Shown here: positions 15,918 through 24,883 of the stretch, piece by piece
Position numbering within the stretch: position 1 is the first letter of the stretch
Layout: the number at the start of each line of letters is the position of its first letter
Assembly (NCBI RefSeq): GCF_000189295.2
Contig: NC_016803.1
Span: forward strand, 1,890,001 to 1,922,000
Source: Pseudodesulfovibrio mercurii
Lineage (GTDB): Bacteria > Desulfobacterota > Desulfovibrionia > Desulfovibrionales > Desulfovibrionaceae
Reading direction: 5' to 3'
DNA: 32,000 nucleotides
Notes under the pieces: generated by a model
What the model was told of the DNA's origin: nothing
Database searches by the model: none
The model's input: only the letters and a program-made list of their open reading frames with translations
Made by a program: the position numbers and the translations under genes

Positions 15918-16147
15918 AAAAATCCGCTATCCGCCGGTCAACTGTAGAGAAATTCAAGACTTTTCATCGGAATACGCGCAAAGCGGGCGGGTGTCCACTT
16001 GCAAAGGGCAGCGGCGCGTTCGTCCCGCCCCGTCCATATTCCCCCTGGCAATCATTCCTGGTTTGTGCGACCCTTCGCGGGCGCTCCGTCGCCTTTGTCC
16101 GGCGGGGCGCATTTCAAGACATCTTCAATGCCAAGGCGGATAGCATC

Positions 16148-18169
16148 ATGTGGAAACGCGCGGTCTGCACCAAGGACTGTCCCGACACCTGCGGCCTGCT
16201 GGTCAAGGTGGAGAACGGCAGGATAACCTCGGTCAAGGGCGACCCGGACCATCCCTACACCCGGGGGTTCCTCTGCGGGAAAGGGGCGCGGTTCCCGGAG
16301 CACGTGCACGGCGCGGCCCGGCTGACCACGCCGCTCAAACGCACCGGGCCCAAGGGCAGCGGCGCCTTCGCGCCCATCTCCTGGGACGAGGCCCTGGACG
16401 AGGTGGCCGCCAACATCCGGCGGGTGGCCGACGCCTACGGGCCCGAGGCCATACTGCCCTACACCTACGCCGGGCACATGGGCATGGTCCACCGGTACGC
16501 GGGCCACGCCCTGTTCAACAAGCTCGGGGCCAGCCGCCTGGACGCGACCATCTGCGGCCCGGCGGCCACGGCGGGCTTCAAGGCCACCCTGGGCAAGGGC
16601 CCGAGCACCGAGATCCAGGAGGCGGCGCAGTCCGACCTTGTCGTCATCTGGGGCAACAACACCCTGGTGACCAACGTCCACGCCTGGCCGCACTTCCTCA
16701 AGGCCCGCAAAAACGGCGCGAGGATCATCGTCATCGACCCCTACCGCAACGCCACGGCCCGCGAGGCGGACGCGCACCTCATGCTCCGGCCCGGCACGGA
16801 CGCGGCCCTGGCCCTGGCCGTCATGCACGTGCTCGTCACCGAGGACCTCGTGGACCACGAGTTCATCGCGGCGCAAACCATCGGCTTCGACCGGCTCAAG
16901 GAACGCGTCCTGGACTGGCCGCCCGCCCGGGCCGCCGAAATCTGCGACCTGGCCGAGCCGGACATCGTCGCCTTCGCCCGCGCCTACGGCCGCGCCCGCG
17001 CCCCCTACATCCGCACGGGCTGGGGACCGGCCCGGCAGCTGGCGGGCGGCATGGCCATGCGGACCATCTCCCTGCTCCCGGCCCTGGTCAACGCCTTCGG
17101 CAAACCCGGCGGCGGCATCACCCGGTCCCTGGGCGGCGCGCCCGGCAAGGCCCCGTCCCTCATCCGCGAGGACCTGCGCCCGGCGGGCACGCGCACCGTG
17201 AACATGGTCCACCTGGGCCGCGCCCTGACCGAGCTCGCCGACCCGCCGGTCATGCTCCTCTACAACTACCTGTCCAACCCGGCGGCAGTGGCCCCGCAGT
17301 CGGCCCAGGTCATGGCCGGGCTGGCCCGCGAGGACCTGTTCACCGTGGTCCACGAGCTGTACATGACCGACACCGCCCGGTTCGCGGACATCATCCTGCC
17401 CGGCGCGAGCTTCCTCGAGGTGGGCGACATCTACCGCTCCTACGGCCACAACCACGTCCAGATCGCCCGGCCCGTCATCGACCCGGTGGGCGACAGCCGG
17501 TCCACCCTGGACATCTTCCAGGACCTAGCCCGCCGCCTCGGCTTCACCGAGGAGGTCTTCTCCCTGAGCGAAGCCCAGTGCATCGAGCGCATCCTGGACG
17601 AGGCCGACTCGCCCTATCTCGACGGCGTGGACCTCGACGCCCTGCGCCGGGGCGAGCCCGTGCGCCTGAACATCCCGGCCAACCCCTTTGCCGGCGGCTT
17701 CGACACCCCGTCCGGCAAGGTCGAGTGCTTCTCCCAATCCATGGCCGACCAGGGGCTCGATCCCCTGCCCGACGGCACGCCCGTGCGCGACCCCGAGGGC
17801 GGCGAGGAATACCCCCTCGAATACATCACCCCGCCCCACCCCATGCTGCTCAACTCCGCCTTTAACGAGATCGAGACCCTGCGCGAACGCATCGGCGGCC
17901 CCAAGGTGCTCATCCACCCCGCAACCGCCGCCGCGCGGGGCATCACCCAGGGCATGACCGTGCGCGTGTTCAACGCCCGAGGCCGGAACACCGCCCGGGC
18001 CGAGATCACCGAGGACACCCGGCCCGAGCTGCTTGTGGCCGAAGGGCTGCACCGGGTGGACGGCACCCCCGGCCAGGGCTCCAACCAGCTGACCAGCCAA
18101 CGCCTGACCGATATGGGCAACACCTGCGCCTTCCACTGCAATAAGGTCCAAGTGGAGCCTGTCGGCTAG
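16148..18169 (+). CDS. Molybdopterin (bis-MGD) oxidoreductase family protein. It has no Tat signal, so it is probably cytoplasmic.
   Basis: 673 aa. The N-terminal Cys cluster is C-x3-C-x3-C (CTKDCPDTCG), followed by FLCGKG. The layout is MopB-like, with a C-terminal beta-barrel region. Confidence 0.8.
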   Translation: MWKRAVCTKDCPDTCGLLVKVENGRITSVKGDPDHPYTRGFLCGKGARFPEHVHGAARLTTPLKRTGPKGSGAFAPISWDEALDEVAANIRRVADAYGPEAILPYTYAGHMGMVHRYAGHALFNKLGASRLDATICGPAATAGFKATLGKGPSTEIQEAAQSDLVVIWGNNTLVTNVHAWPHFLKARKNGARIIVIDPYRNATAREADAHLMLRPGTDAALALAVMHVLVTEDLVDHEFIAAQTIGFDRLKERVLDWPPARAAEICDLAEPDIVAFARAYGRARAPYIRTGWGPARQLAGGMAMRTISLLPALVNAFGKPGGGITRSLGGAPGKAPSLIREDLRPAGTRTVNMVHLGRALTELADPPVMLLYNYLSNPAAVAPQSAQVMAGLAREDLFTVVHELYMTDTARFADIILPGASFLEVGDIYRSYGHNHVQIARPVIDPVGDSRSTLDIFQDLARRLGFTEEVFSLSEAQCIERILDEADSPYLDGVDLDALRRGEPVRLNIPANPFAGGFDTPSGKVECFSQSMADQGLDPLPDGTPVRDPEGGEEYPLEYITPPHPMLLNSAFNEIETLRERIGGPKVLIHPATAAARGITQGMTVRVFNARGRNTARAEITEDTRPELLVAEGLHRVDGTPGQGSNQLTSQRLTDMGNTCAFHCNKVQVEPVG

Positions 18170-18175
18170 GGGGGC

Positions 18176-18296
18176 GGCTTCCGAGAGCGGCGCATCTGCA
18201 CATTTTTTCCAGGGGGCTTTCATCCTCACGTAGACGGCTACGCTGCGGTGAAAGCCCCCTGGAAGAAAATGCAAAGCTGCACCACTCTCGAAAGCC
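18176..18296 (-). repeat. Family B long hairpin element (copy B3).
   Basis: The reverse complement aligns with B1 and B2. The second stem is TTCCAGGGGGCTTTCA with TGAAAGCCCCCTGGAA, a perfect 16 bp of unrelated sequence. The core CCGCAGCGTAGCCGTCTACGTGAGGA is identical to B1. The element starts 7 nt after the oxidoreductase stop. Confidence 0.7.
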
Positions 18297-18325
18297 TATC
18301 CCGAGGACGCTTTGGCGGCTGAAGA

Positions 18326-18366
18326 GAGAGCCGCTGTCGGGTGGCTGCGCCACCCGAATCGCTCCA
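18326..18366 (+). repeat. Family C hairpin module (copy C2).
   Basis: GAGAGCCGCTGTCGGGTGGCTGCGCCACCCGAATCGCTCCA. The stem is GGGTGGC/GCCACCC, compared with GGGTGCC/GGCACCC in C1 and GAGTGCC/GGCACCC (one mismatch) in C3. Confidence 0.6.
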
Positions 18367-18445
18367 GGACGAGGAAAGCTGTGGGCCTCGCGAACTTCCC
18401 CGCGAAGCGACACAAAAAGTTTAGGAGGGGAGAGGGGATGGGGGT

Positions 18446-18505
18446 CCGGGGGAAGGGGAGAGGGGGACCCTTTTCTCAAAGGGTCCCCCTCTCCCCTTCC
18501 CCCGG
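18446..18505. repeat. Family D hairpin (copy D2): a perfect 27-bp stem with a TTCTCA loop.
   Basis: CCGGGGGAAGGGGAGAGGGGGACCCTT-TTCTCA-AAGGGTCCCCCTCTCCCCTTCCCCCGG, read directly from the sequence. Confidence 0.65.
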
Positions 18506-18622
18506 TCGCCGGAGGCGCCCCTTCGGCCGGTACTCCGGGTATTGGGGGAAGCGTTGCTTTTCCCGGTGGGGCGGGCTAATAGGCTGCATTGCCGGGCCTG
18601 TGCGCCGGGCATCGGTGACCGC

Positions 18623-19897
18623 ATGCGAACGATCTGCGCCTACATCCTCCTCTTCCTCATGCTCCTGCCGCCCGTGGCCACGGCCGGGGAGGAGCCGCCG
18701 TATCCCTTCACGGACCCATACCGGGCCACGGTCCTGGGCACGCCCGCCAAGGTGCGCTACCAGTTCGCGGACCCGGTGTTGCCGGACGTGCGGGCCTTCC
18801 GCATCGAAGGGCGGCAGGTGCCCGAGGTCTTTTCGTACAGCCGGGACCTGTTCTTCACCACGGCGTTGCAGAAGCACGCGGCCCCGCTCATGTTCGTCAT
18901 CGCGGGCACGGGCGCGGAGCACAACTCGGGCAAGATGTCCTTCCTGACCCAGGTCTTCCACGAGGCCGGGTACCACGTGGTCGCCCTGTCCTCGCCCACG
19001 CACATGAACTTCGTCGTCAGCGCCTCGCAGCACGGGGTGGCGGGATACGTGCCCTATGACGTGGACGACCTGGACCGGGTCATGGGCTGGATTCGGGAGG
19101 AGCTGGCCAAGGAGTGCGAGATCACCGGGTACAGCGTGGCCGGGTACAGCCTGGGCGGGCTGCACGCGGCCTTTCTGGCCAAACGGGACGCCGAGACCCA
19201 CGAGTTCGACTTCCGGCACGTGCTTCTGATCAACCCGCCGGTCTCCCTGTACCGCTCGGTGACGCGGCTGGACTCCTGGGTGACCAGGGAGAACCTGGGC
19301 CGGACCACGGTGCACCACGAGATCGAGGGGTTCATCGACCGCTTCTCGGACTACTACCTGCATGCGGACGTGACCGACCTGGACGACGACTTCCTGTACG
19401 ACATGATCACCGACATCGGGCTGACCGAGCGCGACTTCAAGACGCTCATCGGGGCCGCCTTCCGGGTCTCGTCCGCGTCCATGATCTTCAGCTCGGACGT
19501 CTGCCTACAGGCCGAGTACCTGGTGCCGCCGAGCCACTACCCGCTCAAGACGGCCAGCCCCCTTCTGCCCTATGCCCGGCAGGCCTTCGACGTCTCCTTC
19601 GAGCAGTACCTGGACGAATTCCTGCTGCCCTACCTGCGCTACGAGGACCCGACCGTCACGCGGGACGAAGTCATCCGGCGGTCCACCCTGGAGTCCATCC
19701 GGGGGTGGCTCGAAAAGACGACCAAGGTCGTGGTGGTGGGCACCAGGGACGACGTCATCCTGAGCCACGGGGACGAACAATTCCTGGAAACGGTCTTCCC
19801 CGGCGGCCGGTCCATGCTCTTCGAGCACGGCGGGCACTGCGGGAACATGATGCACCCGGCCTTCGTCCGGGCGCTGAAGGACATGGTGCGGCTGTGA
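18623..19897 (+). CDS. Secreted alpha/beta-fold hydrolase (putative lipase/esterase).
   Basis: Starts at MRTICAYILLFLMLLPPVATAGEE, which is a signal peptide. It has the nucleophile elbow GYSLGG. The upstream 27 codons shown in the track lack signal-peptide character. Confidence 0.65.
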   Translation: MRTICAYILLFLMLLPPVATAGEEPPYPFTDPYRATVLGTPAKVRYQFADPVLPDVRAFRIEGRQVPEVFSYSRDLFFTTALQKHAAPLMFVIAGTGAEHNSGKMSFLTQVFHEAGYHVVALSSPTHMNFVVSASQHGVAGYVPYDVDDLDRVMGWIREELAKECEITGYSVAGYSLGGLHAAFLAKRDAETHEFDFRHVLLINPPVSLYRSVTRLDSWVTRENLGRTTVHHEIEGFIDRFSDYYLHADVTDLDDDFLYDMITDIGLTERDFKTLIGAAFRVSSASMIFSSDVCLQAEYLVPPSHYPLKTASPLLPYARQAFDVSFEQYLDEFLLPYLRYEDPTVTRDEVIRRSTLESIRGWLEKTTKVVVVGTRDDVILSHGDEQFLETVFPGGRSMLFEHGGHCGNMMHPAFVRALKDMVRL

Positions 19898-20694
19898 ACG
19901 CGCGCGCGGGCATATTCCTCCTGCCGGTCATGCTGGTCCTGCTCCTGACGGCCGGGTGCGGGCCCAAGGTGACGGACGTAACCGACCCGCAGGCCGGGCT
20001 CGCGCCCACCGGATTCAAAACCACGGTGCACCACTGGCCCGAGGCCGACTCGCCCTCCCTGCGCTTCCTGGACGTGGACGACCCCTGGGAGCCCATGAAC
20101 CGCAACTTGTACGAGATCAACGCCAGCCTGGACAAGTACGTCATGTACCCGGCGGCCACCCTGTACAAGGTCTTCATCCCCGAGCCCATTCGCACCGGAA
20201 TACGCAATTTCTACAACAACCTGAACGAGATGCCCACGGCCTTCAACAGCGTGCTCCAGGGACGCATGAAAAAGGCGGCCATCTCCTTCGTGCGCTTCCT
20301 GATCAACTCGAGCTTCGGCCTGCTCGGCGTGCGCGACCTGGCCTCGCGCAACAAGAGCCTGCCGCGCCAGCGCGAGGACGTGGGCCAGACCCTGGGCTAC
20401 TGGGGACTGGGCTCGGGGCCGTATTTCGTCATGCCGATCATGGGTCCGTCCAACGTGCGCGACGCGGTCGGCTTCGGCGGGGACATCCTGATCCTGTACG
20501 TGGAGGTGGACATGATCTATCAGGCCGCGGGCATGGAAGACAGCAGCCCCCTGGACCTGACCGACCTGGTCCTGCGCGGCCTGAACATCCGCGCCAACAC
20601 CGCCTTCAGCTACCACTCCACGGGCTCGCCCTTCGAGTACGAGATGGTCCGCTTCATCTACACCAAGAAGCGCGAACTGGACATCCGGCGCTAG
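19894..20694 (+). CDS. mlaA: MlaA/VacJ family outer-membrane lipoprotein.
   Basis: The GTG start overlaps the upstream TGA (GTGA at 19894-19897). It has the lipobox LLTAGC and VacJ motifs (DPWEPMNRNLYEIN, NSSFGLLG, DVGQTLGYWG). Confidence 0.8.
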   Translation: MNARAGIFLLPVMLVLLLTAGCGPKVTDVTDPQAGLAPTGFKTTVHHWPEADSPSLRFLDVDDPWEPMNRNLYEINASLDKYVMYPAATLYKVFIPEPIRTGIRNFYNNLNEMPTAFNSVLQGRMKKAAISFVRFLINSSFGLLGVRDLASRNKSLPRQREDVGQTLGYWGLGSGPYFVMPIMGPSNVRDAVGFGGDILILYVEVDMIYQAAGMEDSSPLDLTDLVLRGLNIRANTAFSYHSTGSPFEYEMVRFIYTKKRELDIRR

Positions 20695-20740
20695 GCCGGG
20701 TCCGGCGCCCGGTCCTGCCCGCGGGGAACTTTTCCACGCG

Positions 20741-20773
20741 AAAGGGCCCGCTCCCCAGTGGAGCGGGCCCTTT
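20741..20773. terminator. Bidirectional intrinsic terminator between convergent genes.
   Basis: AAAGGGCCCGCTCC-CCAGT-GGAGCGGGCCCTTT, a perfect 14-bp stem that includes the flanking A and T runs. Confidence 0.7.
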
Positions 20774-20807
20774 CTATTGCAATGCCTTCGTACCGGTTGC
20801 GGGACGG

Positions 20808-21515
20808 TTAGGCGGAGGTTTCAGCGGCGGTCTCCAGCGACAGCCCCAGGCGGAGGTAGCTGACGGCCATGTTGGCGATGTCCAGGATGATCTGGGCGTG
20901 CAGAGACTCGCGACGCTCGCGGTCGCGGGAGAACAGGTTGATGACCTCCACGAACAGGGCCGCGCCGAAGGCGTTGACCAGGACCATGGGCGGGGCGATG
21001 AGCTTGACCAGCTCCCAGGCCTCGGAGAACGGCCTGGACATGAGCAGAAGCAGCCCCATGTGGATGAGTTCGCCCGCCAGGGCCAGGGCCGAGGCCATCC
21101 GCCAGTTCATGGCCTTTTCGCCATACTTCCAGGCGATCATGCCCGCCGCGAAACCCTCCAGCGCCGTGGCCAGGCCGCAGGGGTAGGCGCTGAAGCCGTG
21201 CAGGTCGAAGATCACGCGGTGCACCCCGGCGATGAGCCCGGCGCCGATGCCGACCACCGGCCCGCCGAACAGACCGCCGGAGATGACCACCATGGCGCGC
21301 AGGTTGGCCACGGAGTCGAAGACCGCTTTGCCGGTGTAGGTGCCGAGGATGCCGAGCAGGCCGAAGAGGATGGTCACCAGCACGGTGCGCAGCCGCGAAC
21401 TCTCGCTGGTGAAGTGCATGCGCCGGACCGGCATGGTGGTCAGGAAGAGGAAGACGACGCCGACCATGAGCCCGAAGCGCTCGGCCAGGGTCAGGATGAT
21501 TTCATAGGTGTTCAA
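20808..21515 (-). CDS. LytS-type 5TMR-LYT membrane receptor domain protein lacking the GAF and histidine kinase domains.
   Basis: 235 aa. It aligns from memory to the first ~235 residues of LytS and ends at YLRLGLSLETAAETSA, where the LytS GAF region begins. It has a TTG start. Its GGAGAG RBS overlaps the upstream stop codon. Confidence 0.7.
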   Translation of the reverse strand: MNTYEIILTLAERFGLMVGVVFLFLTTMPVRRMHFTSESSRLRTVLVTILFGLLGILGTYTGKAVFDSVANLRAMVVISGGLFGGPVVGIGAGLIAGVHRVIFDLHGFSAYPCGLATALEGFAAGMIAWKYGEKAMNWRMASALALAGELIHMGLLLLMSRPFSEAWELVKLIAPPMVLVNAFGAALFVEVINLFSRDRERRESLHAQIILDIANMAVSYLRLGLSLETAAETSA

Positions 21516-21524
21516 CGCGCTCTC

Positions 21525-22304
21525 CTACAGCTCCATGGCGTCCTTGAAGGGCCGCACCCGGGCCTTGCTGACCGTGATCTCGGTCTCGGCCTCGTCGCGC
21601 ATGGTCAGCACGTACTTGCCGTTGAACCACGGGGCGTAGGTCCGAACCAACGCCAGGTTGACCAACTGGGAGCGGTTGGCCCGGAAAAAGGGAAACCCGG
21701 CCAGGCGCTCCTCAAGGCGGTCCAGGGTCAGGTCGCAGGCGCAGGGATAGACCGCGTTGCGGGTCGCGGCATGGACCCGGCGGTCCTCGTAGTTGAAATA
21801 GACGATCTCCTGGGGGGAGAGGAGGATGTTGCGGCCCGCGTGCTCCACGCTGATGCGCGTCAGCCCCGGCTTGATGCCCACGCCCGCCAGGAGCCTGCGC
21901 AGGACCTCGCTCGAATCCCTGGTCTCGCTGGCCGCGAGCCGTCCGCGCACCCGCTCCAGGCTGTCGGCCAGCCGCTTGGGGTCCACGGGCTTGAGCAGGT
22001 AGTCCACCGCGTTCTCGTCGAAGGCGCGGATGGCGTACTCGTTGAAGGCGGTGACGAAGACGACCAGGGGCTGGTGCTCCATGGCCATGACGTCCTGTAG
22101 CACGGAGAACCCGTCGCGGCCCGGCATCTGGATGTCCAGGAAGACCAGGTCCGGCCGTTTGGCCGCGATGGCCTTGACCGCGTCCGCGGCATTGCCCGCC
22201 ACGCCGATCACGTCGATGTCGTCGTGGGCCGAGAGCAGGTAGTTCAGCTCGTCCTGTGCCGGCGGCTCGTCGTCCACCAATATGGTCCGTATGGCGTTGT
22301 TCAT
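21525..22304 (-). CDS. LytR/AlgR-family response regulator (REC plus LytTR DNA-binding domain).
   Basis: Starts at MNNAIRTILVDDEPPAQDEL. The receiver domain has FLDIQMPGRDG. The C-terminal LytTR-like region has FFRANRSQLVNL. Confidence 0.8.
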   Translation of the reverse strand: MNNAIRTILVDDEPPAQDELNYLLSAHDDIDVIGVAGNAADAVKAIAAKRPDLVFLDIQMPGRDGFSVLQDVMAMEHQPLVVFVTAFNEYAIRAFDENAVDYLLKPVDPKRLADSLERVRGRLAASETRDSSEVLRRLLAGVGIKPGLTRISVEHAGRNILLSPQEIVYFNYEDRRVHAATRNAVYPCACDLTLDRLEERLAGFPFFRANRSQLVNLALVRTYAPWFNGKYVLTMRDEAETEITVSKARVRPFKDAMEL

Positions 22305-22373
22305 ATCCCTTCCCGCGTCGGGGGCACGCAAGGACGAAGTAAGGCATGCGGGCCGGGTTGGCAAGTCCGCACG

Positions 22374-22402
22374 AAAAAGCCGCTCCGAAGAGCGGCTTTT
22401 TT
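22374..22402 (-). terminator. Intrinsic terminator after lepB.
   Basis: The stem GCCGCTC/GAGCGGC has a CGAA loop, flanked by A5 and T6. It reads as hairpin plus U-tract on the minus strand. Confidence 0.65.
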
Positions 22403-22423
22403 CCTTCCGTCGGTCGCCGTCGG

Positions 22424-23044
22424 CTAGTTCAGCATGGTGCCGATGCGGTTGAAGCGGATGTCGGTCAGGGAGCCCCAGGACCAGTAGATGACCAGGGCCT
22501 TGCCCACGATCTTCTGGCGCTTGACCGGGCCCCACCAGCGGGAGTCGTAGGAGCCCTCGCGGTTGTCGCCCATGACGAAGTACGTGCCTTCGGGGACGAC
22601 CACCGGGCCGAAGTTGTCGCGCACGGGCAGGGTGTCCGCCTTGGTGTGCAGCACGTAGGGCTCGTCGAGCGGCTGGCCGTTGATGTAGACCACCTTGTTG
22701 CGCACCTCCAGGGTCTCGCCCGGCAGGCCGATGACGCGCTTGATGAAGTCCTTGGACTCGTCCTCCGGGAAGAGGAAGACCACGATGTCCCCGCGCTGCG
22801 GGTCGCCGGTCTTCATCAGCACCTTGCCGTCCGTGGTGTCCAGCCAGATGTCCGAGGGCAGGCGCACGTCGTAGGCGAACTTGGAGACCAGCAGGTGGTC
22901 GCCGATCTGGAGGGTGTCGAGCATGGACCCGGACGGGATCTTGAAGGCCTGGACGATGAAGGCGCGGATGATGAAGGCCAGCAGCAGGGCCACGACAATG
23001 GCCTCAAGGGTGTCACGAAACGATTTGAGCGAACTTTGAGTCAT
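22424..23044 (-). CDS. lepB: Signal peptidase I.
   Basis: 206 aa, with the catalytic-Ser motif IPSGSM and GDNREGSYDSRWWG. Confidence 0.9.
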   Translation of the reverse strand: MTQSSLKSFRDTLEAIVVALLLAFIIRAFIVQAFKIPSGSMLDTLQIGDHLLVSKFAYDVRLPSDIWLDTTDGKVLMKTGDPQRGDIVVFLFPEDESKDFIKRVIGLPGETLEVRNKVVYINGQPLDEPYVLHTKADTLPVRDNFGPVVVPEGTYFVMGDNREGSYDSRWWGPVKRQKIVGKALVIYWSWGSLTDIRFNRIGTMLN

Positions 23045-23068
23045 GGGATTCCTTGTTGGGAGGGCCGA

Positions 23069-24883
23069 CTAGTCCTCGTCGGCTTTCAGTACGGACAGGA
23101 ACGCTTCCTGGGGGATTTCCACGTTGCCCATGCGGCGCATGCGTTTCTTTCCCTCCTTCTGCTTTTCCAACAACTTGCGCTTCCGGGTGATGTCGCCGCC
23201 GTAGCACTTGGCGGTGACGTCCTTGCGGAAGGGAGCGTTGCGTTCCTTGGCAACGATCTTGTTGCCGATGGCGGCCTGGATGACCACCTCGAACATCTGG
23301 CGCGGAATGCTGCGCTTGAGCTTGAGCGCGAGCGAGCGGCCGATGCGGGCGGAGTTCTCACGGTGCACGATGCAGGAGAAGGCGTCCACGGGGTCGCCGT
23401 TGATCAGGATGTCCAGCCGGACCAGGTCGGCCTCGCGATAGTCGATGACCTCGTAGTCCAGGGAGGCATAGCCCTTGGTGGAGGACTTGAGCTTGTCGAA
23501 GAAGTCGTACATGACCTCGGCGAAGGGCATCTCGTAGGTGATGACCACGCGGGTCGAGGTCAGGTAGGCGATGTTCTTCTGGATGCCCCGCTTTTCCTCG
23601 CACAGGGCCAGGACCGCGCCCACGAACTCGTTGGGCACGTGCACCTCCAGGCGCACGTAGGGCTCGCGGATGGCCTTGATGCGGGTCGGGTCGGGCAGCT
23701 TGGACGGGTTGTCGATGGTCAGCTCCTCGCCGGTCACGGTCAGGACCTCGTAGATGACCGACGGGGCCGTGGTGATCAACCGCGCCTCGAACTCGCGCTC
23801 GAGCCGCTCCTGGATGATCTCGATGTGCAAAAGCCCCAGGAAACCGCAGCGGAAGCCGAAGCCCAAGGCCTGGGAGGTCTCGGGCTCGTAGGTGAAGGCC
23901 GCGTCGTTGAGCTGGAGCTTTTCCAGGGCCAGCTTGAGGGTCTCGTACTCGCTCGGCTCCACCGGGTAAAGGCCGGAGAAGACCATGGGCTTGACCGGCT
24001 TGAAGCCGGGATACGGCCTGTCCACCGGGTTGTCGGCCAGGGTGATGGTGTCGCCCACCGGGGCGTCGCCGAGCTCCTTCATGGAGGCGCACAGGAAGCC
24101 GACCTCGCCCGGCCCCATCTCCTTAATGTCCTTGGCCTCGGGCATGAACGCGCCCAGCCGGGTGACCTCGAACTTCTTGCCGCTCGAGAAGATCATGATG
24201 CGCTCGCCCTTCTTCAGGGTGCCGTCGATGATCCGGAAGAGGACCACCACGCCCTGGTAGGAGTCGTACCAGGAGTCGAAGATCAGGGCCTTGAGCGGCG
24301 CGTCCGGATCGCCCTTGGGCGGCGGCAGCAGGTTGACCACCGCGTCCAGGACCTCGCCCACGTTTTTGCCGGTCTTGGCCGAGACCATGATCGGGTGGGA
24401 GCAGTCCAGGCCGATGACCTCCTCGATCTCGCGGGCGATGCGCTCGGGGTCGGCGCTGGGCAGGTCGATCTTGTTCAGCACCGGGATGACCTCGAGGTCG
24501 TGATCCAGGGCCAGGTACACGTTGGCCAGGGTCTGGGCCTCCACGCCCTGGGTGGCGTCCACCACCAGGAGCGCGCCCTCGCAGGCCGCCAGGGAACGCG
24601 AGACCTCGTAGGAGAAGTCCACGTGGCCGGGCGTGTCGATGAGGTTGAGGATGTACTTGGTCCCGTCGTGGTCGGTGTACGGGATGCGCACGGTCTGCGC
24701 CTTGATGGTGATGCCGCGCTCGCGCTCCAGCTCCATCTTGTCCAGGTACTGGTCCTTTTTCTCGCGGTCGCCGACCATGCCGGTGATCTCGAGAATGCGG
24801 TCCGCCAGGGTGGACTTGCCGTGGTCGATGTGGGCGATGATGCTGAAATTGCGTATTTTATCGATCTTGCTCATGATTTCCAT
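23069..24883 (-). CDS. lepA: Elongation factor 4 (LepA).
   Basis: It has [20 protein letters not shown] and DTPGHVDF, and similarity runs the full length. The start is either ATG at 24883 (MEIMSK) or ATG at 24874 (MSK). Confidence 0.9.
   Translation of the reverse strand: MEIMSKIDKIRNFSIIAHIDHGKSTLADRILEITGMVGDREKKDQYLDKMELERERGITIKAQTVRIPYTDHDGTKYILNLIDTPGHVDFSYEVSRSLAACEGALLVVDATQGVEAQTLANVYLALDHDLEVIPVLNKIDLPSADPERIAREIEEVIGLDCSHPIMVSAKTGKNVGEVLDAVVNLLPPPKGDPDAPLKALIFDSWYDSYQGVVVLFRIIDGTLKKGERIMIFSSGKKFEVTRLGAFMPEAKDIKEMGPGEVGFLCASMKELGDAPVGDTITLADNPVDRPYPGFKPVKPMVFSGLYPVEPSEYETLKLALEKLQLNDAAFTYEPETSQALGFGFRCGFLGLLHIEIIQERLEREFEARLITTAPSVIYEVLTVTGEELTIDNPSKLPDPTRIKAIREPYVRLEVHVPNEFVGAVLALCEEKRGIQKNIAYLTSTRVVITYEMPFAEVMYDFFDKLKSSTKGYASLDYEVIDYREADLVRLDILINGDPVDAFSCIVHRENSARIGRSLALKLKRSIPRQMFEVVIQAAIGNKIVAKERNAPFRKDVTAKCYGGDITRKRKLLEKQKEGKKRMRRMGNVEIPQEAFLSVLKADED

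Noticed and set aside
13470-15947. An 825-aa ORF on the plus strand.
   Set aside because: It is antisense to the cobD-cobQ fusion. It has the same high-GC mirror-frame composition and no recognisable motifs.
15918-16147. A possible cobalamin riboswitch upstream of cobD-cobQ, or a Moco riboswitch upstream of the oxidoreductase.
   Set aside because: I read both strands and found no B12-box-like element (a GCCACTG-type core with flanking conserved helices) and no recognisable Moco motif. Only a vague GCCAGGGGGAA resemblance is present. A covariance-model scan would be decisive.
16052-17455. A 467-aa ORF on the minus strand, together with the overlapping 571-aa plus-strand ORF at 16150..17865.
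   Set aside because: Both overlap the molybdopterin oxidoreductase gene in other frames. They are Arg/Pro/Gly-rich and have no motifs. The 673-aa frame carries the Cys cluster and the family similarity.
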